Position numbers and translations under genes: made by a program. Shown here piece by piece: positions 1 to 12,300 of a stretch of 64,000 nucleotides of DNA. Positions within the stretch are counted from its first letter, which is position 1. The number at the start of each line of letters is the position of its first letter. The stretch is from Podarcis bocagei. Lineage: Eukaryota. The notes below the pieces were generated by a model. It did not search any database. It saw only the letters and a program-made list of their open reading frames with translations, and was not told the origin of the DNA. The DNA is taken from assembly GCA_964188305.1 (NCBI GenBank), contig OZ076898.1; one strand, written 5' to 3'.

Positions 1-467
1 ATTGTAATCATGTTTAACTGAAGCCCCAAGCTTATTTAGAGAATTCTGGTCTCAGTGCCAGGTTTTGTTCATTACTGAGAAGGACCAAGGCTGCTCCAGG
101 GTCAGTTCTAATTTCTGTCAGCAATATAGGAATGATTTGTGGATCACATGAATATTCTTTTCCTCCAAGGGGGGAATATTTGGGGATCTTCCCCCAGCCC
201 TCCACACACACAATCCTCATTTTTCCTAACCTGGAAGTTAGTTTAAGACTGAGCAATAACAACTTCTCAAAAGCAACCATGTGAACTTCCCGGCAGGATA
301 AATATTTGAACACAGCTCATCTGCTAGCTCTACCCACCACACCTTTTAGGTTCAAGGTTGATTATTACACATCAAAACCATGAATTAACTGTGGACCTGA
401 AGAATACTCAAAAGATTTTCAGTCACCGTGATTTTGTGAATGGTTGGTATTGCCGTGTGTTTACTTA

Positions 468-887
468 CCATATTTTTCTGTGTATAACACGCCCCTGTGT
501 ATAAGACACCCCCTATTTTCAGGGACGCAAAATTGAGAAAATGGGGGGAAACTGCCCTGAGTTGTTGAGCTTTTCTTAGGGGGAATTGTCGAAAATTGCT
601 CACCCGCATAACCTACGCTGCCACTCGCATGCGTCGTAAAAGCCACCTATCGTCTGTCCCCACGCTGGCAAAAGCTGCCAATAGCCCGCCCTAGTGCTGC
701 AGTGGCAGCCAATCAACATCAGCCATTGCCGCAGCCACCAATAATACGCAAAATACCCACAGACAATCTCTGGCTCACGGCAGCAATCAATCCCACGTCC
801 TATGCACAATCCATGTATAAGACGACCCCCAATTTTTAACTTTATTTTTGAATTAAAAAAGGTTGCCTTATACACGGAAAACTATAG
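468..887. mobile_element. Non-autonomous Tc1/mariner-superfamily (pogo/Tc2-like) MITE
   Basis: Degenerate TIRs CCATATTTTTCTGTGTATAA / TTATACACGGAAAACTATAG flanked by TA; similar ends to the element at 40496-40876. Confidence 0.7.
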
Positions 888-1040
888 TATGTATTATCTG
901 CGTTACAATCTTAATAGTCATTTGAACATAGAGCACCTCCGCTAAATAAGTGGCAAAAGTTATATGAGGGTTGGGCTAGTTATCGATGCAAATGTAAAAA
1001 AATGACTTTGTGAAGTTCAAGACACAGATAGACACAATAC

Positions 1041-2321
1041 CTTGACAGTCCGGATGTAGTCCAGTGCATTTGGAACAAGGGATTCTAGTTCAGGAAACCG
1101 CTTGGAGTACTTGTCTCGAATGAACTTGTGAATAATATCTGAAAAGAGAGAGGTAAAGACGACCTTTTACAAAACAGACAGAAACGCAGAGCGTCATTGC
1201 ACTAGTGAGAATAAAAGCAGGCCTCCCAGAATATACTAGCTCAGAGACATTTTAATGCTGAGCCGTATAGCCTATTCAGAGATTGGCCAGCCTGAACCTT
1301 TTCTCCTGCCCAAGAAAGAGAGTGCTCTTATCAAAACAGTCCCTGTTCTACTGTGACACCAACACACAAATGTCCTTTGTACCCCAAAACTCCTGTGAAG
1401 GTTTGTCTGGCCAGTATGTGCCCTTCTATTTACTAGATCACACCCCCTGCTCCAATGAAGCCAGCCTTTCCCAATCTCACTACTTCCCTAACTCATCATC
1501 TGCCACCCTCACAGGGTAGCAGCTACTGTATTGTTTTCAAAGCCTTCTCAACCTCCCTCACCCCAAAGCAAGTGGCTAAGGTTTGCACTTACTTAGCTCG
1601 TTCTCAATCTCCACTGTGAGGTTATTGGCATCCACAATGACTCTGTATTCAGGAGCAGCCTCTACTGGACCTAGAACTAATAAGAAAGGAACATGCAAAG
1701 TCAAAATCCATACAGGGCACCTCACTATAAGGTAACAGGGAGATGGATATATGAGTACATTAGCTCTGTACTGCAGGACAAGGAAGTCCTGTAGCAGACT
1801 CTATACTGCAGGAATCAGATTGGGTGATGCGTGCATACACATCTGCTGGGTGACCTCTTTTCCAAAGGAAATCTCAGCCAGAGACTCTCAGTACCTTCAG
1901 ATGCTTTGGGCTGTTTGCTGATGTATTCCTCAATCTTCAGCAGGATTTCAGCAAACTGGACAAGAGAAAAAACAAAAAGTTGAGTCTTACTTTTTGAAGA
2001 GGGCACCTTTAAAGGGTTAACTTCCCCAGACTACACCCAAAAGGAAAAGGCAGATTATAGAACCAGTAGACCCCAGGTTGAACACTAATTTTGAAAACCA
2101 TCGCTTCTATACATACTGGCCCGGCAGCCAAGCGCATTTTCTCTCACCGTCTTACTGTCCCAGAGCTTGGCAATACTCTTGACTGAATCAGTTGCCAGAT
2201 CCACTTGCATTTCCTCCTGGACATCCTCAATGGGAGGCTCATCCTCTTCGTCTGCAAAGCTGCCATCCTCTTCTTCTGCTGCCTCTTCGAGGTCAGCCAA
2301 AAGCTCATCTGCCAAAGACAT
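1041..2321 (-). CDS. PRPF31: U4/U6 snRNP protein Prp31, first four coding exons (gene continues past the left edge)
   Basis: Coding exons 2321-2148, 1955-1895, 1676-1593 and 1138-1041, all GT-AG. They join to MSLADELLADLEEAAEEE...FAEILLKIEEYISKQPKASEVLGPVEAAPEYRVIVDANNLTVEIENELNIIHKFIRDKYSKRFPELESLVPNALDYIRTVK, nearly identical to recalled human PRPF31. Exon sizes 61/84/98 nt match. Confidence 0.98.
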
Positions 2322-2879
2322 GATGGATCAAGGCTGCAAAGGAGAAAAAGGGAGGGACACAAGAGAAAACCATAATAAGTGACATAAATATCCAGAGTCT
2401 TATTGATTTATTATTTCCCACAGTACTAGACTAGGAGAAATTCTAACCACTATCTAACCCAAGGGTAGCCAACACAGTGCCCTCCAAAGGTTGTAAACTG
2501 TGACTCCAATCATTCCCACCCATTAGCGAAGCTGGCTGGGGCTGAAGGCAGGTGAGGTCCAACAGACTGCTGGAGGCCACCACACTGATCTAATACAACA
2601 CTTATGAGGTAGCAGCAACCCCCAGAGAGCCACACACAGTTGCTAGACACCCATCAACACAAGATCCAGATCCACTGTACCCCTCAGTTCAAATGTGTCC
2701 TTTCCTTAGCCCCCTCTCTAAAAACATCTCTCCCTTTCCACAAATACAAGTGCCCAATTGGAACCCCCTTCAATTTAAGAGACCTAGAGTTAGCTCTTCA
2801 GTTTCCAACTCATCCACCTTTTGCCTTATAGAGATTTTTTAAAAATGAAATCACAATGAAATGCTTATAATTAATGTTA

Positions 2880-2938
2880 ACAAAGTATACATTCTCAAAC
2901 ACAGGATACAAAGTATACATTCTCAAACACAGGATACA
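2880..2938. repeat. 28-bp direct tandem duplication
   Basis: ACAAAGTATACATTCTCAAACACAGGAT occurs twice in a row. Confidence 0.9.
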
Positions 2939-3399
2939 GACAGAAGAGGCAGTGTAGGTATAGCAATAAAAAGTGCCAGAAGGGTCCTCAATGGAAGAAA
3001 TATAAGTGTTCCATGACTATGCAGAACACAAATGAAAAACAAGATACTGCCCAAACAGCAAAAGATCCAACTAGAAGGAAGAGCCATAATGTATTCCCAA
3101 CCGATAAGAGTATGGAAGAGAGTATTATTTTTGTTATTTCTACCGTATTGTTGTTGTTGTTGTTATTAGCGCAATCCTCACCGCGTTTGTGTAGGAGGAA
3201 GTCCTATTGACTTCCATGGTCCTAGGTAAACGGGGTTAGGTTTGCAGCAATACTGTAGCGTCTCTCTCTCTCTGCCCGCCCCCAAACCTTACACTTCTCT
3301 TTACCCCTTAGGAAACCAAAGGCCAGGGCTCATTTTTTGTTGCTCCCCAGTTAACCTCTCCCTCCCTCCTTTCCCTCCTCACCTTCTTTTTCTTTCTTC

Positions 3400-4400
3400 G
3401 ACTCCTCCGCCGCACAAACGAACTCCTCACGTTCTCTCTTTCAGTCTCGCAAAAAGTACGTCATGCACCTGGCGCCCTTGGTGTCGTCATCAACGAGCGC
3501 CTCCGCTCTGCCAGGCATTAAAACGGATAGAGATAGAGAAAAAGGAGAGGTCACGAAGAGAGTTCGCGTTCGGCTTCAGCCCAAGTGCCGCCATATGCGT
3601 GGCACCAACCTAGGCCAGAGTTGGGGTGCCGTTCTAACTTATGTCTCTATGGCATTGCCTATTGTGTCATCTCTTCGCACTGGGTGACCCACGCACATGC
3701 CAAGGGGAGCCGGAAGTGTCGTTAGGGTTTCGAGTCAGTTTCCTTTGAAATAACAGTACTATTTATGGCAGCACCCCAACCGTAGGTTTCTAATACGCTA
3801 TACTGAATTATGTCACTATGTCAACTGACACTTCCGTCAGTTTTTCATAATTTTTCCTCTGACTTACCTATTGGTCATAGAGCTAAGAGAAAGGCAAAGC
3901 TTTCGATTTTTACCGGAAGTTTAGACTGTGAGTTACTCTATTTTTCCTATCTCTAAGGCCACGACGCATCCAAAGGCGTGATGACACAACCGTACTTCAC
4001 CGCGCCAAGCGATCCTGTCCCCTACCGGAGAAACGGCGACAGGGACGCGACCACTATTTACGTTAACACGGCGCGACGAAACGCTAGGACATTCCACAGT
4101 GGGCTCTTCTGCAATACGTAATAAGCACGCGACACCTTCTCTTCTGCCCTGGTTCACTGTAACCGTGGCGTCTCGATAACTCAAACGCTTTTGTTGTGGG
4201 CTTACGTCACCGGTAAGCGACCGTCCATCCCATTACCCTCATTCAAGGGTTGCTCATTTCGCCTATAGGATTGGAAGGGTTAAGGTACGTCTGATGTGCT
4301 AGGAAATCCCATTGCAAAAGGAATCGGGCAAATTAAAATCGCCAATTGCCATCTTCCTCCTTATTGGCTCTGGAGCCTTTTTTCCTTGGAGGTTCGCCAG
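3400..4400. promoter_or_regulatory. CpG-rich bidirectional PRPF31/TFPT promoter with non-coding first exons
   Basis: CpG-rich interval between head-to-head genes. ETS/GABP CCGGAAGT at 3710 and 3913, CRE-like TTACGTCA near 4202, YY1-like GCCATCTT near 4349, CCAAT boxes. Strong minus-strand donor TAG|gtaagt at 3868/3867; plus-strand donor candidates near 4212, 4284 and 4602. Confidence 0.75.
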
Positions 4401-5368
4401 AAGCAGAGCCTGAGCTCCTTTAATTGAAGTCGAGGTGCTAGAACCAAGTTTTATTCAGCTTCTTTTAAGCCTGTTCATGTACAGGGTTGCAGTCTTTTCT
4501 GAACCATAGAGATGGATAAGCGCGTAAAATAGTGTGACCAAAGTATCTTGTACTGTATTCTCCAACTGAATAACAGGAACAGTTGTTTCTGCTTTCTGGC
4601 AGGTAAAGCCACCTCATATTCGCCTTTGCCTGGACTTACCTTTTACATTTACTTTCTGGCAGTATATTGGAGATTGTGAATAATACATTTTTAATTTTGG
4701 TGGGACACCTGCTCATAAAATGGGATTGTGGCAACAGCAAATGGCACAGTGCCTACCCATTTAGATGACATGCTATTTCTCCTACATGGAAACTAGAAAT
4801 CTCAATATTTTATGGGTTGATGAAATGATTTGTTAAAGGAAGTTAGTATGTAAGGAAAATTTAAACTTCTGAAAAATTGAGTATTTTTGGAGATTGTTTA
4901 GGAATATAGATTATAGAACATTTAAATACAAATTTGTGCATCCACAGAGAGCTGTAAGAAAATATATTTCACTGTTTGCTTTTTTTAAAAAAAAATTACA
5001 GGTGGATTATGCTCCCAAGCCCATAAAAGTGGCTGCCCCTTGTTCATCTCTTGTCATACTAATACCCTTGTCCTTGTTAATCAGCAGTGTGGAGCCTGTG
5101 GCCCTTCAGATGTTGCTGGACTGGAACTCCCATCTTATCCAGCCAGAATGACCAATGGCCAGGGAAGATGGGAATTGTCACCCAGCAACTTCTGGAGGAC
5201 CACAGGTTCCCCACCCTTGTTGTAAATGTACCTGTTTCCTGTCTCACATGACATAGGATATTGGGGTATAAAGGGAATGTGGCTTTAGATCTTCATATTG
5301 GAGTGGGGGGGTGGTTAATATTGGTTAGTATGTCAGTTTCTTTCTCTTTAAATCTCCAGAACACAACC

Positions 5369-7721
5369 ATGGCTGGTGTGGGCTTTGAAGAATTCTCTGT
5401 GCCCCCTGGATCAGAGCTGGCACTGCCTCCTCTTTTTGGTGGCAATATCCTCGAGAGTGAACTGGAGACAGAGGTGGAGTTTGCCGATGGTGGAATACCA
5501 GAAGAGGAGGAGGAAGAGGGGGCATTGAGGCAGCAGGAGATGACACGGCGCAAATGCCAGGCTCTTGCTCGGCGCTGCAAGGAGTTAGAGCAGGTAAGGG
5601 ATTGGCTGGAGAGGGTGGATAATTTTAATACACCAGCTGGAAAAATTAACAAACAGCTGTCACAGTGGGTTGAGCTCTGCTTTGACTTCAGGTATGAGCT
5701 CATGGAGCTGCCTTTTTATTCATTTATGTAGCCCAGGACTGTCTGCTCTCATTGTCAGGAGCTCTCGTTCTTTCCCAGCCAGGGACTGAACCTGGGACTT
5801 TCTGCTTGCCAAACATGTGCTCTGCCAAAGTATTTGGAAATCAGAGACACCTTGGGTACAAAGATCACAGGGTGGTTCACAAAATAAAAACACAAAATGA
5901 GAAGACAAAATGCATAATAAAAGAAAAACAAATCAATAACCCCCCTCCTACAAACACATTTAAAAGGCCATAGAATGATAATCAGCCAAGTGCCTGATTA
6001 TAGAGAAACATCACCTGGTGCCTAAAGATATGTAATGAAAGTGCCAGGTGAGCCTCCCTGGGGAGAGCACTCCACAAACAGGGAGCCACCACAGAAAAGG
6101 CCCATTCCCATGGAAGAGGCACACGAAGAAGGGCTTCAGATGGTGATCAGATGAAGGTATTAAATATATTCGCAAGAATCCTCTGAGCAAGGTAAAACAA
6201 GAGACAAGCCCTAGCCCAAAGTCCCCCAACATCTTTGGGGGCTGAGTGGAGTTTTAAACTTAGGTCTGTACTCTACCCACTATGCAATACTGTCTGTAGG
6301 TGGACAAGAAGGAAGAGATTCTTGCCCATGGGGTGCTAACCTGGACCAAATGAAAATCCAAACAGAGACCAAGGAGGAGGGACCACTGGGTGGGTGAGTG
6401 GAATACAAGGCTGGGTGTGGGAGAGGCAAAATTCTGATGTATTCTGGTGACATTGCCCACAAATACAGGTGAATGAGAGGATGTTAAACCGGCTGCATCA
6501 GGTCCAGAGAATAACACTGCGGCTTAAACAGGAGAGAAGGTATGTCTGGTAGTATGTCTTGGGAGTGTGAGGGGTGGGGAGATTTAAATACCTCTCCCTG
6601 AACAAGGAGGGTCTATTAAATTTTCATGCTCAGCAGACGAATTCTCCATGAATTCATCAGATCCCTCATTTAGAGCCATCCAAATTGACAGCTGTTACCA
6701 CATCTCATAACAGTGAATCCCCTACATCAACAGCACCATGCAAAAGAACACAGTTATTAAAGAGGATTAGTGGGGATGTCTTGTCTGCAGGTTATCTTTC
6801 TAATGGACTCTTCCTTCCCTTCAGGTTCCTCATGAGGGTCCTTGATTCTTATGGTGATGATTACAGGCAAGGCCACCTTGATATTGTCCTGGAGGTAAGA
6901 AACACACAGCTGGTCTAAGGAAATAAGGACATGTCCATGTTACCTTCTTATGGGTGGAAGGAATGTTAGGATGGAGGAGTTCTAGCTGAATCATGTTCTC
7001 TGTCTAGGATGAAGGTAGCCACAGCACTGATGCTCCAGCTCCTGGCAACACAGAGAATGAGCCCCCCGAGAAAGACACCCTCAGGTGTCTCTCGGGTCCT
7101 TTGCCTGCCCCAGAGGCTGAAAGTATCTCACCTACTGAGGGCCCCACCAGTAAGAAGCGGCGGCGCCACATGCGGGAGGAAAAGGAAGTGAGGTTACGCC
7201 GAGCAGCCCAAACATTGATTCCTATGGAAGAGTTTCCTGTGCAGGTACGGGAGAACTTAGAGGCTTTCAACTTTGAGAATATATAGATGACCATACAGAC
7301 TTAACCTACACACTACCTTTGGGGGTTAGGCGGGAAATGTGGCCAGATACAATGGTAGACAGGCATATTACTAGGTTATATATACTCCAGCTGTCGGCTA
7401 CACAGAATCTGCTACCATAATACAAATTCAGGATTTTGTCTTCTGTTTTTAAACAAGCTTCTAGTCCTGCTGGTTTATCACACATAACAGTTTGAAAGCA
7501 TCCCCTTTCTTCCCACATCACGCAAAGCGCTTCTGTTTAGCTTGAAACTGTGTTTTGAATCACTGTTTTGGTTTTTGTGGCTGCAGATAAAGTCTGAAGA
7601 GGATTTCCAATGTGAGCAAGAGGATGTCCTCACTCCTGCCTGGCAGCAGTCTAGTCCTCAGGATAAGTTACTCCATTATTCAAAGTTCTCTAGCCCAGGG
7701 GCCTGTTCTGATTTCGACTGA
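5369..7721 (+). CDS. TFPT: TCF3 fusion partner (INO80 complex subunit F, Amida)
   Basis: Exons 5369-5593, 6469-6539, 6825-6894, 7008-7244 and 7587-7721, GT-AG with compatible phases. Protein [38 protein letters not shown]...[16 protein letters not shown]...[14 protein letters not shown]...KKRRR...IKSEEDF...DFD* matches TFPT. Syntenic with PRPF31 and NDUFA3. Confidence 0.97.
5846..6150 (-). mobile_element. L2 LINE 3' fragment
   Basis: GCACTCCACAAACAGGGAGCCACCACAGAAAAGGCCC is the reverse complement of the typical L2 RAFSVVAPxLWNxLP C-terminal region. Confidence 0.6.
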
Positions 7722-9208
7722 GGCTCGCCACTCACCGGTGCTCACGAAGGAGACTCTATATGTATATCTGAACGTCAGTTGCCTCCCTCCTGGGTTAAAG
7801 AGGCCACTGCGCTGTCTGCTGATCAGTCACCTGGGAATATGTTTTGGACTGAAAGGAACACAAGCACATTTTAAGAGCCAGCAAGAGACGGACTGTGGAA
7901 CTCTCAGCCACTTGGAGTGCACTTGATCTGAACTGACACTCTGCGGCTGAGGGGCAGGTGCTGGAAGACAAATTGGACTGCACTAACTTAACTTGAAAGC
8001 CAATGTAGTAATAGTGTTCAAGTCCATCTGCATTAGGGAGATGAATGGATTCTGCTACCAATGTCCAAAAGCTTAAGTATGGGGTGGGAATGGGTATGTA
8101 TGTAGAATTTCTATGTCTTACATGTCTTGGGCCACACAATTTGTGAGTTTCTGAAGGAGTTAAGTGATCTCTGACTGAGGCCACATGGGCACCATGTTTA
8201 TAAGCACTTTTATGCCACTTTAAACAGTCTTGGCTTCCCCTAGAGAATCCTGGGGACTGTAGTTTGGTAAGGCTGTTGAGAGTTGTTGGGAGCTCTCTAT
8301 TCCCCTCCCAGAGCTACAATTCTCAAAATTCCCAGAGAAGAGGGATTTCTAAACCACCCTGGGAATAGTAGCTCTGTCAGGGGAATTGGGACCTTTGGAG
8401 GAACCCACGACTGCCCCCAAAAGTGGCATAATACTGCTTTAAATGTGCAATGCAGATTGAAAGTGGTGTGCAGGAGCTGGCTTCCATGCACTGTTCAAGA
8501 AAGGAAACAGAAGCAGCTTCTCTTTTGTGTGACAAATGTTCTCAGTGAATGAGGAGTCTTCTTACAGCTGCGAGAGCACTCTGCTGCTTTGCTTTCCAAG
8601 CCCAAGATTTTTATGAGTATCTTAACCATGAGGCACAATATATTAAAGCCAATTCTGTACTAAAAACAGTACTCCTACAACATGTGCAAATTATGCAAGA
8701 CTAGCAAATTTGTCAAGTGTTTGCTTATTTTCTCTGCCAGTCAGAAAGAGCAAGGCACTAAATCCCCCTCCCCCATTCTTTTCCGAAGCCATAAGGAGTA
8801 GACACTTCTTCCAGATCTCCTGCAGAACAGTTGTGCCTGGATTAAATTCTGCCCACCCGTTAAGTTTATTTTCATTTTTCTTTGAGGGCTGCAGAATACT
8901 GCACACTTCCTTCCCTTTCCCTTCCTCATTCCCTCCCCAACTGATCCATTTCAAGGGAGCTGCCAAACATAAGAATTGTTCTCAGAGCACACTGTCATTG
9001 CTTCCCTTAAAGACTCCTGGGCCAGGCAGTTTTTGTAAAGGTGCCAGGAATTACTCTCAGGTGAACTGCAATACCCAGTGTCCCTTGAAAGAGGAAGCTG
9101 TGATACCTAAGCTTGGTTAAGTGTCCCAACCCCTTTAGCAATGCTTTGTTTTGGGGGAGGGGGGTCACAAAGAGAAAGGTTGAGGAAGCCTGCTTTTAAG
9201 TTAGCAAG

Positions 9209-9214
9209 TTTATT
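9209..9214 (-). terminator. NDUFA3 polyadenylation signal AATAAA
   Basis: TTTATT on the + strand, about 110 nt downstream of the NDUFA3 stop. Confidence 0.65.
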
Positions 9215-9321
9215 ATATCCTGAAAATGTTACACATGTACACAAAAGAGCAGAGAGCAGTGCAGGCCTGGGTTGCCCCTTCAGTGTTGGTTCTCTAGGCC
9301 TGTTCTTCACAAGGGCCCATC

Positions 9322-12300
9322 TCAGAAGTTCTTTAGCCATTCAAGACTTGGTCCTTCCTTGTCACAAGGGTGGGAGGGAATATCTGGCATATTGCCATCA
9401 TCCCGAACTGGAACTGGAGAGAGGAAAAGAACAGAAATCAAGTGTGTGTATCTCCCAACTGCAGCTTGGATACAATCAAATACTTCTGTTAGGGAAGGAC
9501 ACAACAAGTATTTGAGTAAGAGACCCTGTACAGAACAAAATGGTGCCTCAACACAAAGTAGCCCACTGGCTTGTCACCTCGCCACTGCATCTCCACCCTC
9601 ATTTTTGGAAAGTGTGCGCAGCCATTGTTGACATTTTTCTTCCTGACAAAAGCTGTGCTATAGGGAGAAATGCTAAGGGAGAACCATTTCCTCCTAGCAT
9701 AGAGATGCAATGATGGGAAAACTATGCCCATTCTGGTTTTGCCAGCCAATCAGCTTGCTTTCTAGGTGCAGACCCTCTGCCCACAAATCAGTGTGTAGGG
9801 TGGTAATATTCACACTGGTAACTATGGATTCATTTTCAAGAATGTGTTGGCCAACTTTCAGTTCTCCTGCAAGGAGGCCAATTGTAGTGAAAATTTGACT
9901 GTTTTGTTAAAAGGTGAACAATATGACAATTGAGCTATTTTGGGAGTTCTCCAGTACGTGCCTTCCAGACCTGGCAGTCAGTTATTTTATTTGGGTGTGT
10001 ATGCTTTAATTTTTTATTTGTCAAGTATCCCAACAACGACATCACATATCACTTCTATTAGACCTTCAGTTGCCTTGCTCCAAAGAAGTAGCTCAGCCAT
10101 AGATTCCTGTCTAACATCAGCTGCACTAAACATAGAGTCAAATATTTCATGCTGCTCTTCTCCTAAGGAACTGCCTTTAAAGGGATAGGTGTTGTGGAGG
10201 CGGTTATACCTGGATATGTATATGGTACAGCCTGGTTCATCATGGAACTGTATTTTGTTAAGGGACTGACCCACGGTGCCACCAAAGCTGAAATCGGAAA
10301 GGAAAAAAACAGGTGTGAGTCAGAAAGAAACTGAAAACATAAATTGCACACCAAGCCACTAACAACAAAAGAAATAAACTCAAGAGTACTGCTCTCTTTA
10401 GATCAGTATAGGGATGGGCAAGACTTTAGCTTTGAGGACCTGCTCTGTTTTTTAAAACTCAAGAGATCCGCCAACCAGAGTCCAGTGCAAAAGGCTTTGA
10501 AGTCAAGAATTCTGAGTCCAGGAATTGGTTTCTAGTTCCAGAAACGAGCCCTTCCATAGAAGAGTTGCCTCTGGTTACCTACTTTCTTGGCTTTCTACAT
10601 TTCAACAGTATAACTTGGGCAGGAGGTTATCTCAAAGTTGTCATTTTTAAGCAACTGGGAGTAAGAAGTAGTTGCCAACCTACTTCAAATTACACAAAAT
10701 ATCCACCAACAAATCCTAATTGTATCTTCTGGCTACCCTTTGTCTATATTGGGAGGGGAACACCCATAATAGAGCATACTGATTTTAAATACAGAGATAA
10801 ACACCGGCAATTCTCTAACTGGGAGAAAAGGGTATCTATAGATTATGTGACCTGCTGTCAATGGTTTGTTATAAAAATAATAAACCATTGACAGACAAGC
10901 TATGCCAAATACTAGATCAGTGTTTCCCAACCACTGTTCCGCGGCACACTAGTGTGCCGCGAGATGTTGCCTGGTGTGCCGCGAGATGTTGCCTGGAGGG
11001 AGGCGGGCGAGTCGGGCGGCGAGAGGCGGGGCGGCGGCGGCGAGGAGAGGCCGCCCAGCGCGGGGCTCTCGCCGTCTGCCTGCCTGGCTGCCTGTGAGCT
11101 CGGCGGGCAGCGCCTCCGTCCGCAGCGCCCGCCTCGCGGCTCTCATTCCCTGCCCCTGCCAAAGCTCACCCAGCCAAGCCGCGCTCTCCTTCCTGCCTCG
11201 CTTTGCTGCCTCCTCCCCACCCCACCCCCAAAGCTTGGAGGTTCCCCGGCAAGGGGGAGGGGGAAAAATTGAAACTTACACTTTCGTGCGTCCCTCCCGG
11301 CGTGACGCTGCGCGCTGACGTCACGGGGCTGTAATGGTGGTGTGCCTCAAGATTTTTTTCATCAAACAAGTGTGCCTTTGCCCAAAAAGGTTGGGAAACA
11401 CTGTACTAGATGATAATTGTCCTAATTGGTTTCAACTATACCAAGTGTGCTCTTTTGCTCAACAACAACTCAAATCAGGCATTAATACTTGGCCACTAAC
11501 ACCGTCATGGGCAAACACCAACTCCAAAAGAATGCTATCTAGCATTTATAATAAAAAAATTCCTTCCAGTAGCACCTTAAAGACCAACTAAGTTAGTTCT
11601 TGGTATGAGCTTTCGTGTGCATGCACACTTCTTCAGATACGTGTGCATGCACACTTCTTCAGGTATCTGAAGAAGTGTGCATGCACATGAAAGCTCATAC
11701 CAAGAACTAACTTAGTTGGTCTTTAAGGTGCTACTGGAAGGATTTTTTTTATTTTGACTATGGCAGACCAACACAGCTACCTATCTGTAACTAGCATTTA
11801 TAAGGCACTCCTATCAGAATGGACTGGTAATACATTAGGCTTGAAAAGAGTATGGGAAATTGACTTAGGACAAGAGATACATGAGGAGAACGAATGCTCT
11901 CTGGGGCAAAGCTCCATTTAAAACTAAACTAAGAGTAAAACCAAAGTCCCAGGAGATTTTAAGAGAGATCAAGTTATATCAATCACAATATATGGAACTG
12001 ATGAACTTGGAGATTGAATGGAAGATAAAGCAGATGAAGCAAAAGACATTTGAATCAGCAAATAAATGTGGTAAACTTCTGGCTTGGCAACTGAAGAAAA
12101 GGCAGAAACTAAATACAGTCACAAGCTTAGAAGTGGATGGAAAGAATATATCTAAACCTAATGAAATTAGAAATTGCTTCCTGAGTTATTTTAAAAAGCT
12201 TTATACTCAAGGCCCGCAAAATGAAGAAGATATAGATAAATTCCTTGATAAATATGGATTACAAAAAATCTCTCATCAAAACAAGATGGATTTGAACCAG

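Noticed and set aside
461-646. SSTTQG in this ORF resembles PRPF31 exon 6 (ASTTQG)
   Set aside because: It lies inside a MITE, and neither the surrounding residues nor splice sites match; exon 6 must be outside the window.
5261-5368. N-terminal extension of TFPT in the ORF track
   Set aside because: Mostly intronic read-through upstream of the acceptor at 5360, with a non-ATG start.
10917-11369. Overlapping GC-rich ORFs
   Set aside because: Artefacts of a stop-poor GC-rich MITE; the same applies to 63127-63855 and 40642-40914.
11550-11753. CRISPR array or miRNA hairpin
   Set aside because: Eukaryotic context, no repeat-spacer periodicity; better explained as a Penelope inverted terminus.
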